A stretch of DNA of 64,000 nucleotides from NCBI GenBank assembly GCA_965223545.1, contig OZ245006.1, positions 7,040,001-7,104,000 on the forward strand, in the 5' to 3' direction. This stretch comes from Planctomycetota bacterium. GTDB lineage: Bacteria > Planctomycetota > UBA1135 > UBA2386. This document shows, piece after piece, positions 8,532 to 17,502 of the stretch (the first letter of the stretch is position 1; each line of letters starts with the position of its first letter). A program made the translations under genes and the position numbers. The notes beneath the pieces were generated by a model, which did not search any database, was not told the DNA's origin, and worked only from the letters and a program-made list of their open reading frames with translations.

Positions 8532-9653
8532 CGCGAAGTGCTCGACCGCGAACGGAATCGCCAAGCCCAGCGCGACACCGAGCAGGCCACCACAGCAGCT
8601 CAGCACCATGGTCTCGACCAAGAACTGCGAGACGATGTGCTTCTTCTTCGCGCCGAGTGCGCGCCGGATCCCGATCTCGCGCGTGCGTTCGGTCACCGTC
8701 GCCAGCATGACGTTCATGATGCCGATGCCGCCGACCAGCAGAGAGATGCCGGCGATCGAGGCCAGCACGATGCTCCAGATGCGCTGCTGCTCCTCGGCCT
8801 GGCGCAGCAGCTCGAGCGGCACCTTGTCGACCCAGTCCTTCTCGCGGTGCGATGCGTCGAGCAGGCCGCGCACGACGCGCGCGGTGTCCAGCACCTGGTC
8901 GGGGTGGCGGACGCGCACCACGATCTCGGCGAGCTCGACGTGCTTGATCTCGAAGGAACCGCCCGAACGGCGCACGTTGCGGTCGCCGAACCTGCTGCGC
9001 GACGTGGTCAGCGGCACGTAGACCGCTTCGTCCAGCGATGGCCCGAAGCCGCCGCTGACCCGGCCGAGGTAGTCCAGCACACCGACCACGGTGAAGCGCT
9101 CGCCCTCCGCGCTGATCGTCCTGCCCAACGGATCGACCAGCGGAAAGTGTCGCTGCGCGGCGATCGAACCCATCACCGCGATGTTGCTCTGGGTGGTCAG
9201 GTCGAGCGTCGAGAGCCACCGGCCGCGCTCGAGGTCGAGGCCGATGACGTCGTGGAACTCGGGCGTCGTGCCGATGACGATCCCCGGCGCAGGCTTGGTG
9301 ACGCCCGTGAGGTTCTTGGTGGTCTCGCGCACCGGCACCACCAGCTCGACCGCCGGCAGGGTGGCCGCGATCTGCGCGGCGTCGTTGTAGGTGAGCCCGA
9401 ACCGGCGTGCCTCCCACACGCTGGCGTTGTTGACCTCCGCCGGCGGCTCGACGGTGCGCACCAGGATGTTGTTCGAGCCCAGCGCCTTGATCTGCTCCTG
9501 CGCCTCGTAGCTGCCACCCTCGCCGATCGCCAGCATCGCGACCACCGAGGAGACGCCGAACAGCATGCCGAGCGTGGTCAGCGCCGCTCTCAGCTTGTGC
9601 AGCAGCAGACTCTTGATGCCGAACTGCACCATGCGCATCGATTCGCGCAGCAT
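8394..9653 (-). CDS. MacB/FtsX-family ABC permease
   Basis: LRAALTTLGMLFGVSSVVAM, VGGIGIMNVML, ERTREIGIRRALGA, PAWRAASMDPVEALR. Confidence 0.95.
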   Translation of the reverse strand: MLRESMRMVQFGIKSLLLHKLRAALTTLGMLFGVSSVVAMLAIGEGGSYEAQEQIKALGSNNILVRTVEPPAEVNNASVWEARRFGLTYNDAAQIAATLPAVELVVPVRETTKNLTGVTKPAPGIVIGTTPEFHDVIGLDLERGRWLSTLDLTTQSNIAVMGSIAAQRHFPLVDPLGRTISAEGERFTVVGVLDYLGRVSGGFGPSLDEAVYVPLTTSRSRFGDRNVRRSGGSFEIKHVELAEIVVRVRHPDQVLDTARVVRGLLDASHREKDWVDKVPLELLRQAEEQQRIWSIVLASIAGISLLVGGIGIMNVMLATVTERTREIGIRRALGAKKKHIVSQFLVETMVLSCCGGLLGVALGLAIPFAVEHFASLRTLVLIQHPVMAFSISAIVGVVFGIYPAWRAASMDPVEALRHE

Positions 9654-10453
9654 CAGTGGTTTTCCTCGATGCGCTCGATCACGCCGTCCCGCAGCCAGAC
9701 CGTGCGCTCGGCGCGCTCGGCGACCTTGGGGTTGTGGGTGACCATCACGATCGTCACGCCCTCGTCCTGCAGCTCTGCGAGCAGTTGCAGAATCTCCTCT
9801 TCGGTGCGGCTGTCGAGATTGCCCGTGGCCTCGTCCGCCAACAAGAACAACGGGTCGTTCATCAGCGCCCGCGCGATCGCGACGCGTTGCTGCTGGCCGC
9901 CGGACAGCTCGCTCGGCCGGTGGTCCAGCCGTCCCTCCAGGCCGACGCGCGCTGCCAGCCGCTCGGCCTTGGCGCGCGACTCGGCGCCGATGCGGTCCTG
10001 GTAGAACAGCGGCACTTCGAGATTCTCGAGGACCGTGAGCTGCGGGATCAGATTGAACGACTGGAAGATGAAGCCGATCTGGGTGCCGCGTACCTCGGAC
10101 AGCCGGTCGTCGTCCAGCTCGGCGGTGTTGTGTCCGCCGAGCAGGTAGCGGCCGCCGGTGGGCCGGTCGAGGCAGCCGAGGATATTGAGCATGGTGCTCT
10201 TGCCCGAGCCGCTGCGCCCCATGATCGCCAGGTACTCGCCGCGGCAGATGCGGAGGTCGACTCCGTCGAGGGCGCGGACGACGTTGTCGCCCATGCGATA
10301 GTGGCGTTCGAGACCGATCAGCTCGACGATCGGCGGCGCGCCGTCACCGGCCGGCGGCACGGTGGAGGCGCCGGCGGTGGACGGGTCAGCGGCGTTCGTC
10401 GGCACCCTGCCCTCCGCGCGTGCGCTCGCCGTCGCCGCCGCGACGCCGCCCAC
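9653..10453 (-). CDS. ABC ATP-binding protein (MacB/LolD type); true start may be about 50 nt further downstream
   Basis: GRSGSGKST, LSGGQQQRVAIARAL, LLADE, VTH. Confidence 0.95.
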   Translation of the reverse strand: MGGVAAATASARAEGRVPTNAADPSTAGASTVPPAGDGAPPIVELIGLERHYRMGDNVVRALDGVDLRICRGEYLAIMGRSGSGKSTMLNILGCLDRPTGGRYLLGGHNTAELDDDRLSEVRGTQIGFIFQSFNLIPQLTVLENLEVPLFYQDRIGAESRAKAERLAARVGLEGRLDHRPSELSGGQQQRVAIARALMNDPLFLLADEATGNLDSRTEEEILQLLAELQDEGVTIVMVTHNPKVAERAERTVWLRDGVIERIEENH

Positions 10454-12230
10454 CGAACCGGGCGCGCATTTCCTCGATCATCGCGTCGTAGGCCTCGCTG
10501 AGCTCGGGGTCCTGCTCGCGCGCAGTGGCGAACTCGTCCGACCGCCGCAGCGCGAACGGGCTCTCCTCGGCTTGCTTGGCCAGGTCGGGATACTTGCGCG
10601 CCAGCAGCTCTTGGAATGCGTCCGTCGCCGGGCCGCTCGGCATACCCCGACCGCCGCGCCGTTCGCCGCCGTCGGCCGACGACTCGACCGGCCGTCCGGC
10701 GAGCTCGGGACTGCCGTCGTCGACGGGCAGGCCGGCGCTGGGCGGCGGTTGTTCGAACTCGGGCTCGACCGCGCCCGGTGGCGGCGCCAGGTAGACCACG
10801 TCGTCCTCGTCGAGGCCGGCGACGATCTCGACGTAGGCGAGGTCGTGCAGACCGCGGTCGACGGGATGCGCGCGCGGTCCGGCGTCGGTGTGCAGCCACA
10901 CGTAGTTGACCCGCCCCTGCGTCTGCACGGCGTGGATCGGCACGAACAGCACGCCCTTCAGCTCGGCGACCAGGATCGTCACCGTCGCCGACATGCCGGG
11001 TTTGAGCAGGCGGTTGTCGCCATCGAGGTCGACCTGCGTCTTGTAGACCTTGAGGCTGTTGTTGCTCCAGCGCGAGCCCGAGTCCGCCACGGGGCTGACC
11101 CGGGTGACCTTGCCGCGGAACTCCAGCTGCTGGAACGCGTCGACCTTGATCTCGGCGCTCTGGTCGGGCTGAACCTTGTCGATGTCCGCCTCGTGCACCT
11201 TGAGCTGCGCCACCATCCGCGTCACGTCGGGGAGCTCGATCAGGGTCTGCCGCTCGCGCACGGTGGCGCCCTCCTCGACCACATCGCTCTGGCCGCGGCG
11301 GCCTTCTTCGGTGGCGTAGACCACCAGCCCCGCGGTCGGTGCGCGGATCACCGAGTTCTCGATCTGCTGGATCAGGTTCTGCAGGCGCTCGTACGCCAGC
11401 TCGTATTCCTTCTCCGAGGCGTCGAGGTCGGCCTCCGCCTGGGCGATGACCGCGTTGCCGCGGGCGATGACGCCCTCGAGCTCGGTCTTCGCCTCCATGA
11501 TCTGCTGATCGCGCTCGATGCGTACTTTGGGATGCTCGAACAGCTCCAGGATGTTGAGCTCGTTCTGCGCGACCCGCAGGTTCTTCTGCCGGCGCTGCAG
11601 CTCGATCTCGTCGCGCTCGAGGTCGTCCTTGGTGATGAAGCCGCGGTCGAACAGCTTGCGGCTCCACGCGAGCTTGTTCTCCGCCAGCTTGACCTCCGCG
11701 TTGGCCAGGTCGATGTCGGCGCGGGCCTCGATCAGGGCGGTTTCCTTCTCGCCCATGTCTCGGCTGCCGTCGGCATGCAATCGGCCGAGGAACTTCTCGA
11801 GCTCGATCTCCGCGATCCGCACCCGGTTCTCACCGCCGAGCTTGTCGGACTCGAACTCCTTGCGCCGGATCTCGAGCTCCTTGCGCGCCTGCAGCTGGTC
11901 GGCGTCGGCGCGGCTGACCTTGATCTCCTGCTCGGCGCGGCGCTCGAGTAGCTCGCTGGCGTCGAGCTCGACCAGCTTGTCGCCTTGCTGGACGAGCGAG
12001 CCCTCTTCGACCAAGAAGATGATGGTCGACTGTCCCTCCATCTCGCTCTTGATCCGCGTGCTCACCGCTGGCCGAATCTCCGCTTGCTCGGTCACCGAGA
12101 TGCTGAGGTCGCCCCGCGTGACGCGGTACAGGTCGGCGCGGTCGCCGGCCTCTTCACTCGACGCACAGCCGAACGCCAGGACCGCGCTCCCGAGCAGGAG
12201 GGGAAGGGGGTCGCGAGAAGGCCGTTTCAT
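10386..12230 (-). CDS. Periplasmic adaptor/membrane fusion protein (HlyD/MacA type) with a long coiled coil
   Basis: AFGC lipobox-like N-terminus, VEEGSLVQQGDKLVELD, IRAPTAGLV, LKPGMSATVTI. Confidence 0.9.
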   Translation of the reverse strand: MKRPSRDPLPLLLGSAVLAFGCASSEEAGDRADLYRVTRGDLSISVTEQAEIRPAVSTRIKSEMEGQSTIIFLVEEGSLVQQGDKLVELDASELLERRAEQEIKVSRADADQLQARKELEIRRKEFESDKLGGENRVRIAEIELEKFLGRLHADGSRDMGEKETALIEARADIDLANAEVKLAENKLAWSRKLFDRGFITKDDLERDEIELQRRQKNLRVAQNELNILELFEHPKVRIERDQQIMEAKTELEGVIARGNAVIAQAEADLDASEKEYELAYERLQNLIQQIENSVIRAPTAGLVVYATEEGRRGQSDVVEEGATVRERQTLIELPDVTRMVAQLKVHEADIDKVQPDQSAEIKVDAFQQLEFRGKVTRVSPVADSGSRWSNNSLKVYKTQVDLDGDNRLLKPGMSATVTILVAELKGVLFVPIHAVQTQGRVNYVWLHTDAGPRAHPVDRGLHDLAYVEIVAGLDEDDVVYLAPPPGAVEPEFEQPPPSAGLPVDDGSPELAGRPVESSADGGERRGGRGMPSGPATDAFQELLARKYPDLAKQAEESPFALRRSDEFATAREQDPELSEAYDAMIEEMRARFGGRRRGGDGERTRGGQGADERR

Positions 12231-12260
12231 GGCGGTTCCAGGGGCAATGGGGGGGCAGCT

Positions 12261-13931
12261 TCAGGGGGCCGGTTCCGGCGCCTCCGCGGCCGAGGTCTCG
12301 GTGCCGCGGTAGGGTGCCAACGGTCCCCGCGGAAGCGGAAGAGATGGATCGTAACGCAAGCCGCTGGGCTCCAGGGCCAGGCCCTCGAGATCCCGCAGCA
12401 GCTCCAGCCGGGCAATTGCGTAATCGACGATCGCACCGGTGAGATTGAGCTTGGATGCCAACAGCTCCTCCTGCGCGTCGAGCAGCGCCAGGGTGTCGCC
12501 GCGGCCAGCCTGTAGGAACAGCTCGGCGCGCTCGAGCCGGGTTTCGGCCACCTCGAGCGCGGCGCGCTGGATGCGGTGGCTGTTGATGGTGCGCTCCACC
12601 GAGCGCAACGCGTCGCGGATCTCGGCGACGATCTCGTCCTCGGCCTGCTCGCGGCCGCGCATGGCGGCGTCGAGGCCGATCAGGGCCGAGCGGTAGGCGT
12701 TGCGCTCCGGCAGGCGGTCGAGGGCGAGGTCGAGGTCGAAGCCGACCGCCCAGCCGATGTTCTCCCAATCGAAGGAGAACGGCTTGCTCGGCTCGGTCGG
12801 CACGTCGATCACGGCTGAGAAATCCAGGATCGTGCGCAGCGCGTCCTCGGCGACCAACACGCGGCGGCCGGCGTCCTCGACTTCGTCGACGGACACGCGG
12901 TAGTCGAGCCGCCGGGCCAGCGCCAGCTGCGCAGCCCGCTCGGGCGCGAGCTCGACCGCGATCACCGGCATGTCGCGCAGCGTCTCCAGCTCGGCGGCGT
13001 CGAGCCCGAGCTCGACCGTCACCGGCAGCCCGAGCGTCAGCTTGAAGCGGTCGAGGGTGGACTGCAGCCGCGTCTGCGCGCTGTTGAGGCGGTCCTCGGC
13101 GTCGAACTCCTGGCTGCGCGCGCGGTCGAGGTCGATGCCGGCGAGCTGACCGGCCTCGACCAGGGCCTCGACGCGCTCGCGGTTCTTGCGCGTTCCGTCG
13201 AGGTTGGCGGTCTCGCTGGCCAGGTCGTCGATGTCCTGCAGCACGCGGTAGTAGTCGGCGACGATGCGCACCGAGAACGTGGCGCGGAAGCGCTCGAAGT
13301 CGCGCATCGAGTAGATCACGTCGCGCTCGGCCTGCGTCAGCGGCTCGCGCGCGATGCGGCGGCCGGAGCTGCGCATCAGCGGCTGGGTGATCGCCAGGCT
13401 CAGCAGCGAGGTGCCGTTGAAGCTGCCGCCGCTGACGAGGTTCTTGAGAAACGTGTTGACGAAGCTGGCGACGACGCGGCCGCCGGCTTCGGTGTTCTTC
13501 GAGGCGGTCAGGTCGTTGCGCAGGCCGAACACCGCGCTGTCGTCGCCGACCCCGCTGACCTCGGGGGCGCTGCTGAAGCCGAAACGCACGGCGAAGTCGT
13601 GCTGTTCGCGCGTCAGCGCGAGTGCCGCCAGGTAGAGCGACTCCTTCTGCCGCTGGAAATCCCGGCTGTTCTCGGCGGCGACGTCGAGGGCCTCGGGCAG
13701 GCTGAGCTGCACCGGGGTCGGGGACGCGATGAGCCGCTGCCGCAGGGTGTCGCTGGCGCGTTCGACCTGCATGCCGAGCGGCCGGCCGGTGACGTGCTCG
13801 GCGGCGACGTCCAGGATGTCGTAGACCTGGGCGTCGGCGTCGTCGCGGTAGTCCGCCGCCGAGCACGCGCCGAGTGCCAGCAGGACGGGGACGGAGAGGG
13901 GGCGTGCGCACAACGCCGGGGACGACGACAT
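12261..13931 (-). CDS. TolC-family outer-membrane efflux lipoprotein
   Basis: LGAC lipobox, LSLPEALDVAAENS, LLDAQEELL OEP repeats; first gene of the exporter operon. Confidence 0.88.
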   Translation of the reverse strand: MSSSPALCARPLSVPVLLALGACSAADYRDDADAQVYDILDVAAEHVTGRPLGMQVERASDTLRQRLIASPTPVQLSLPEALDVAAENSRDFQRQKESLYLAALALTREQHDFAVRFGFSSAPEVSGVGDDSAVFGLRNDLTASKNTEAGGRVVASFVNTFLKNLVSGGSFNGTSLLSLAITQPLMRSSGRRIAREPLTQAERDVIYSMRDFERFRATFSVRIVADYYRVLQDIDDLASETANLDGTRKNRERVEALVEAGQLAGIDLDRARSQEFDAEDRLNSAQTRLQSTLDRFKLTLGLPVTVELGLDAAELETLRDMPVIAVELAPERAAQLALARRLDYRVSVDEVEDAGRRVLVAEDALRTILDFSAVIDVPTEPSKPFSFDWENIGWAVGFDLDLALDRLPERNAYRSALIGLDAAMRGREQAEDEIVAEIRDALRSVERTINSHRIQRAALEVAETRLERAELFLQAGRGDTLALLDAQEELLASKLNLTGAIVDYAIARLELLRDLEGLALEPSGLRYDPSLPLPRGPLAPYRGTETSAAEAPEPAP

Positions 13932-14043
13932 CGTGGAGGATCTCTACGGCAAAGGGTCCGCCCCGCGCGAGCAGTTTTTGCAGGCAACCCGGGCGCGTGA
14001 CTCAGTAAGCTCGTCCGTTCTGGCGGTTTGTCACACGGGGGTA

Positions 14044-14694
14044 ATGACTGCGGTCCTGATCACGGCCGGTCCGACCCGGGAGCACCTGGACGACGTTCGA
14101 TTCCTGAGCAACGCGAGCAGCGGGCGGATGGGGTACGCCCTCGCCGCCGCCGCGCAGCGGGCGGGACACGACGTCGTCTTGGTGTCGGGCCCGACCCACT
14201 TGCCGGCGCCGCGCGGCGTGCGCACCGAGCACGTCGTCTCGGCGCTCGAGATGCAGGCCGCGGTGCAGCGCTGTCTGGAGCAGGATGCGTTGGTGTTCGG
14301 CGTCGCCGCGGTCGTCGACGCGCGGCCGCGGCAGCGCTGGCCGGGCAAGCCGCCGAAGGACGCGGTCAAAGGCCCGATCGAGCTGGTGCCCAATCCGGAC
14401 ATCATCGCCGGAGTGGCGGACGCCGGCCGGGCGCGCGCGGTCGTCGGCTTCGCGCTGCAGGCCGAGGGCGACGGCGGCCTCGAGGCGGCGCTCGCCCGCG
14501 GGCGGCAGAAGATGCAACAAAAGCGTCTCGACGCCATCGCGGTCAACACCGCGGCGGCGCTCGGGGCGGACCGCAGCGAGGTCTGGGTGCTGCGCGCGGA
14601 CGGCGGCGAGGAGCGCCTGCCGCCGCAGAGCAAGGACCTGACTGCGGCGCGGCTCTGTGAGTTGGGGATCGAGATATGGCAAGCGAAGCGGTAG
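14044..14694 (+). CDS. coaB: Phosphopantothenate-cysteine ligase (stand-alone CoaB domain)
   Basis: VLITAGPTREHLDDVRFLSNASSGRMG, PNPDII, VVGFAL, K..LDAIAVN. Confidence 0.9.
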   Translation: MTAVLITAGPTREHLDDVRFLSNASSGRMGYALAAAAQRAGHDVVLVSGPTHLPAPRGVRTEHVVSALEMQAAVQRCLEQDALVFGVAAVVDARPRQRWPGKPPKDAVKGPIELVPNPDIIAGVADAGRARAVVGFALQAEGDGGLEAALARGRQKMQQKRLDAIAVNTAAALGADRSEVWVLRADGGEERLPPQSKDLTAARLCELGIEIWQAKR

Positions 14695-17372
14695 CCCGGC
14701 GCAATCGGCGCCACTTCGTCCCCGTCGACGAGGCACCCGGGCCGGGGCTGTCGAGCCGCGCGCGCGAGGTGGTGGCGCTGCTGGTCATCGGCGTTTGCCT
14801 GTACTTGGTGTTGTCGCTGTCCACGTTCGTGCTACCGGCGCCGATGGAGACCGCCGTCCCGCGCGGCGGTCTGCGCAACACCGGCGGCGTCGTGGGGCAC
14901 TACCTGGCCCACGGTCTGCTGTTCGTCTTCGGCTTCGCCGCCTACTTGCTCGTCGGCTTCGGCCTCCTCTACGGGATGCTGCTGATCTTGCAGCGGCCGC
15001 TGCGGTCGCCGCAGCTGAAAGCGCTCGGCGCAGTCGCGTTCACCGCGTTGGTCGCACTCTTGTTGGCCGGGCCGAGCGGCTTGGCGGGGCTCTGCGACGC
15101 CGCGCCCTACGGGGCCGGCGGCCGGCTCGGCGCCAACCTGTCACCCAAGTTGCAGGCCGCGTTCGGCGGGGCGGGTCGGTTGCTGTTGCTGATCTTCGGC
15201 GCGCTGGTGTCGCTCATGCTGGCGACCGAGTGGCTGCTGACCGGCATGGTGCGAGAGGGGGTCGGTGGCGTGGGCGCCGGCGTCGGGCAGCTGCGCGCGC
15301 GATTGGCGGAGCGGCGTGGCGAGGCCGATGTGGCGGTAGCTGAGGACGAGGAGGAGCACGAGGGCGAAGACGAAGACGAAGACGAAGAGGACGAGGAAGA
15401 CGAGGCTGACGAGGAGGACGAGGAAGACGAAGACGAGGAATACGAAGAGGACGAGGAAGAGGAGGAAGACGAGGAGTACGAGGACGAAGACGAAGAAGAC
15501 GAGGAAGACGAAGAGGAAGGCGAGGAGGAAGATGATCCCGGCGACGTCGAGGAAACCGGCGAGGACGCCGACGGCGTGCCGGAACCCGCTGCCGAGGCGC
15601 CGCCGCCGGCGAAGCCGGCGCGCCGCCGGGCGGAGACGGGGCGCGCAGCCGCGGCGCGCTCCGGCGCCGCGCCCGCCCGGCGGGCGGTCCCGGTGCGCAA
15701 GCCGCAGCCCCGCCGGCGCAAGGGCCCGGCGATGCTCCCCTTCGTCGACGCCGACTACCCGTTCCCGCCCCACGAGCTGTTCCGCGAGCCGGTCGAGGTC
15801 GACGACTCGGCGGCGCGGTCGGTGATCGAGCAGAATGCCCGCGCCATCGAGCGGCGGCTGGGGTCGTTCAAGATCGGCGCAGCGGTGGTGGGGGTCAGCC
15901 AGGGGCCGGCGGTGACCCAGTACGAGCTCCGCCTAGAGGAGGGCATCAAGGTCAGCCGCATCAACAGCTACGAGGCCGACTTGGCGGCGGCGCTGCGCGC
16001 GGTCTCGGTGCGCGTGGTGGCGCCGATCCCGGGCCGCGACACGATCGGCATCGAAGTGCCGAACGAGGAGCGGCAGATGGTGGTCATGCGCGAGCTGCTC
16101 GACCTGTTCGGCCGCGCCGAAGACCAGGCGATCCCGTTGTTCCTCGGCAAGGACGTCGCCGGCGAGCCCATCGTCGAGGACCTGGCCCGCATGCCCCACT
16201 TGCTGATCGCCGGCACCACCGGGTCGGGCAAGTCGGTGTGCATCAACGCCATTTTGCTGTCCGTTTTGATGACGCGCACGCCGCGGCAGGTGCGGCTGGT
16301 GCTGATCGACCCCAAGATGGTCGAGCTGCAGCACTTCAAGGCGGTGCCCCACCTCGCGTGCGAGGTGGTGACCAACATGAAGAAGGCGCCCGGCGTGCTC
16401 GAGTGGGCGGTCGAGGAGATGGAGAAGCGCTACGCGCTGTTCAGCAGCGTCGGCGTCAACCACATCCGCTCCTACAACAAGCTCGGCCAGGCCGAGCTCG
16501 AGCGCCGGCTGCAACGACCGGTGGAGCCGGCCGACGTCACCCTGCCCTACCAAGTGGTGGTCATCGACGAGCTGGCCGATCTGATGGCCGTCGCGCACAA
16601 GGAGGTCGAGGAGTCGATCCAGCGCCTGGCGCAGAAGTCGCGGGCGGTGGGGCTGCACGTGATCCTGGCGACCCAGCGGCCGTCGACCGACGTCATCACC
16701 GGCGTGATCAAGGCCAACCTGCCGTGCCAGATCGCGTTCAAGGTCAACCGGAAGATCGACTCGCGGGTGATTCTCGACAGCAACGGCGCCGAGAAGCTGC
16801 TCGGGCACGGCGACATGCTCTACGTGCCGCCCGGTGCCCACCGCGTGCTGCGCGCGCAGGGTGCGTTCGTTTCGGACGAGGAGATGCTGGCAGTCGTGGC
16901 CTACCTCGAGCAGCACGGGCCGCCGCCCGCCTTCATCCCCGACTTGGTGCAGAGCAAGACCGGCAGCAAGCGGGGGCCGCGCGACCGCGACGACCTGTAC
17001 GACAAGGCTGCCGAGGTGGTTCTCGGCCAGCAGCGCGGCTCGGCGACCCTGCTGCAGCGCGCGCTGTCGGTGGGCTACACCCGGGCGACGCGGCTGCTGG
17101 AGATGATGGAGGAGGACGGCATCGTCGGGCCGTTCGTCGGCTCCAAGTCGCGTGACGTGCTGTTGACCCTGGAGGAGTGGCAGGAGCGCGAGGCCGCCAT
17201 CGAAGCCGAGATGGACGAGATGGACGCCGAAGACCAGGCCGGCGGGGGCGAGTGGTCGGACGGGGCGGAGGCCGCGGCCGACGACGAGGGCCTGGACGAG
17301 GATCCGGGCGCGGGCGACGAGCCCCCGTGGGAGCCCGCGGACGCCGGCGAATCCGCGCCGCGCGCGCCGTAG
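14676..17372 (+). CDS. ftsK: DNA translocase FtsK with acidic linker
   Basis: N-terminal TMs, PHLLIAGTTGSGKS, LIDPK, VVIDELADL, ATQRPS, GAEKLLGHGDML, gamma domain SATLLQRAL.VGYTRA. Confidence 0.96.
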   Translation: MASEAVARRNRRHFVPVDEAPGPGLSSRAREVVALLVIGVCLYLVLSLSTFVLPAPMETAVPRGGLRNTGGVVGHYLAHGLLFVFGFAAYLLVGFGLLYGMLLILQRPLRSPQLKALGAVAFTALVALLLAGPSGLAGLCDAAPYGAGGRLGANLSPKLQAAFGGAGRLLLLIFGALVSLMLATEWLLTGMVREGVGGVGAGVGQLRARLAERRGEADVAVAEDEEEHEGEDEDEDEEDEEDEADEEDEEDEDEEYEEDEEEEEDEEYEDEDEEDEEDEEEGEEEDDPGDVEETGEDADGVPEPAAEAPPPAKPARRRAETGRAAAARSGAAPARRAVPVRKPQPRRRKGPAMLPFVDADYPFPPHELFREPVEVDDSAARSVIEQNARAIERRLGSFKIGAAVVGVSQGPAVTQYELRLEEGIKVSRINSYEADLAAALRAVSVRVVAPIPGRDTIGIEVPNEERQMVVMRELLDLFGRAEDQAIPLFLGKDVAGEPIVEDLARMPHLLIAGTTGSGKSVCINAILLSVLMTRTPRQVRLVLIDPKMVELQHFKAVPHLACEVVTNMKKAPGVLEWAVEEMEKRYALFSSVGVNHIRSYNKLGQAELERRLQRPVEPADVTLPYQVVVIDELADLMAVAHKEVEESIQRLAQKSRAVGLHVILATQRPSTDVITGVIKANLPCQIAFKVNRKIDSRVILDSNGAEKLLGHGDMLYVPPGAHRVLRAQGAFVSDEEMLAVVAYLEQHGPPPAFIPDLVQSKTGSKRGPRDRDDLYDKAAEVVLGQQRGSATLLQRALSVGYTRATRLLEMMEEDGIVGPFVGSKSRDVLLTLEEWQEREAAIEAEMDEMDAEDQAGGGEWSDGAEAAADDEGLDEDPGAGDEPPWEPADAGESAPRAP

Positions 17373-17502
17373 CCCGACCCGCTCCGCGCCGTGTCACTGT
17401 TGCGGTGGCGCGCACGCGCCGCTACACTGCGCCGGCCGGCGGTAGTCCGCGCACGGTCAGAACAGCCGCGGAGCCGCTCTGGCACCTGCCTGGGAGGGCA
17501 AC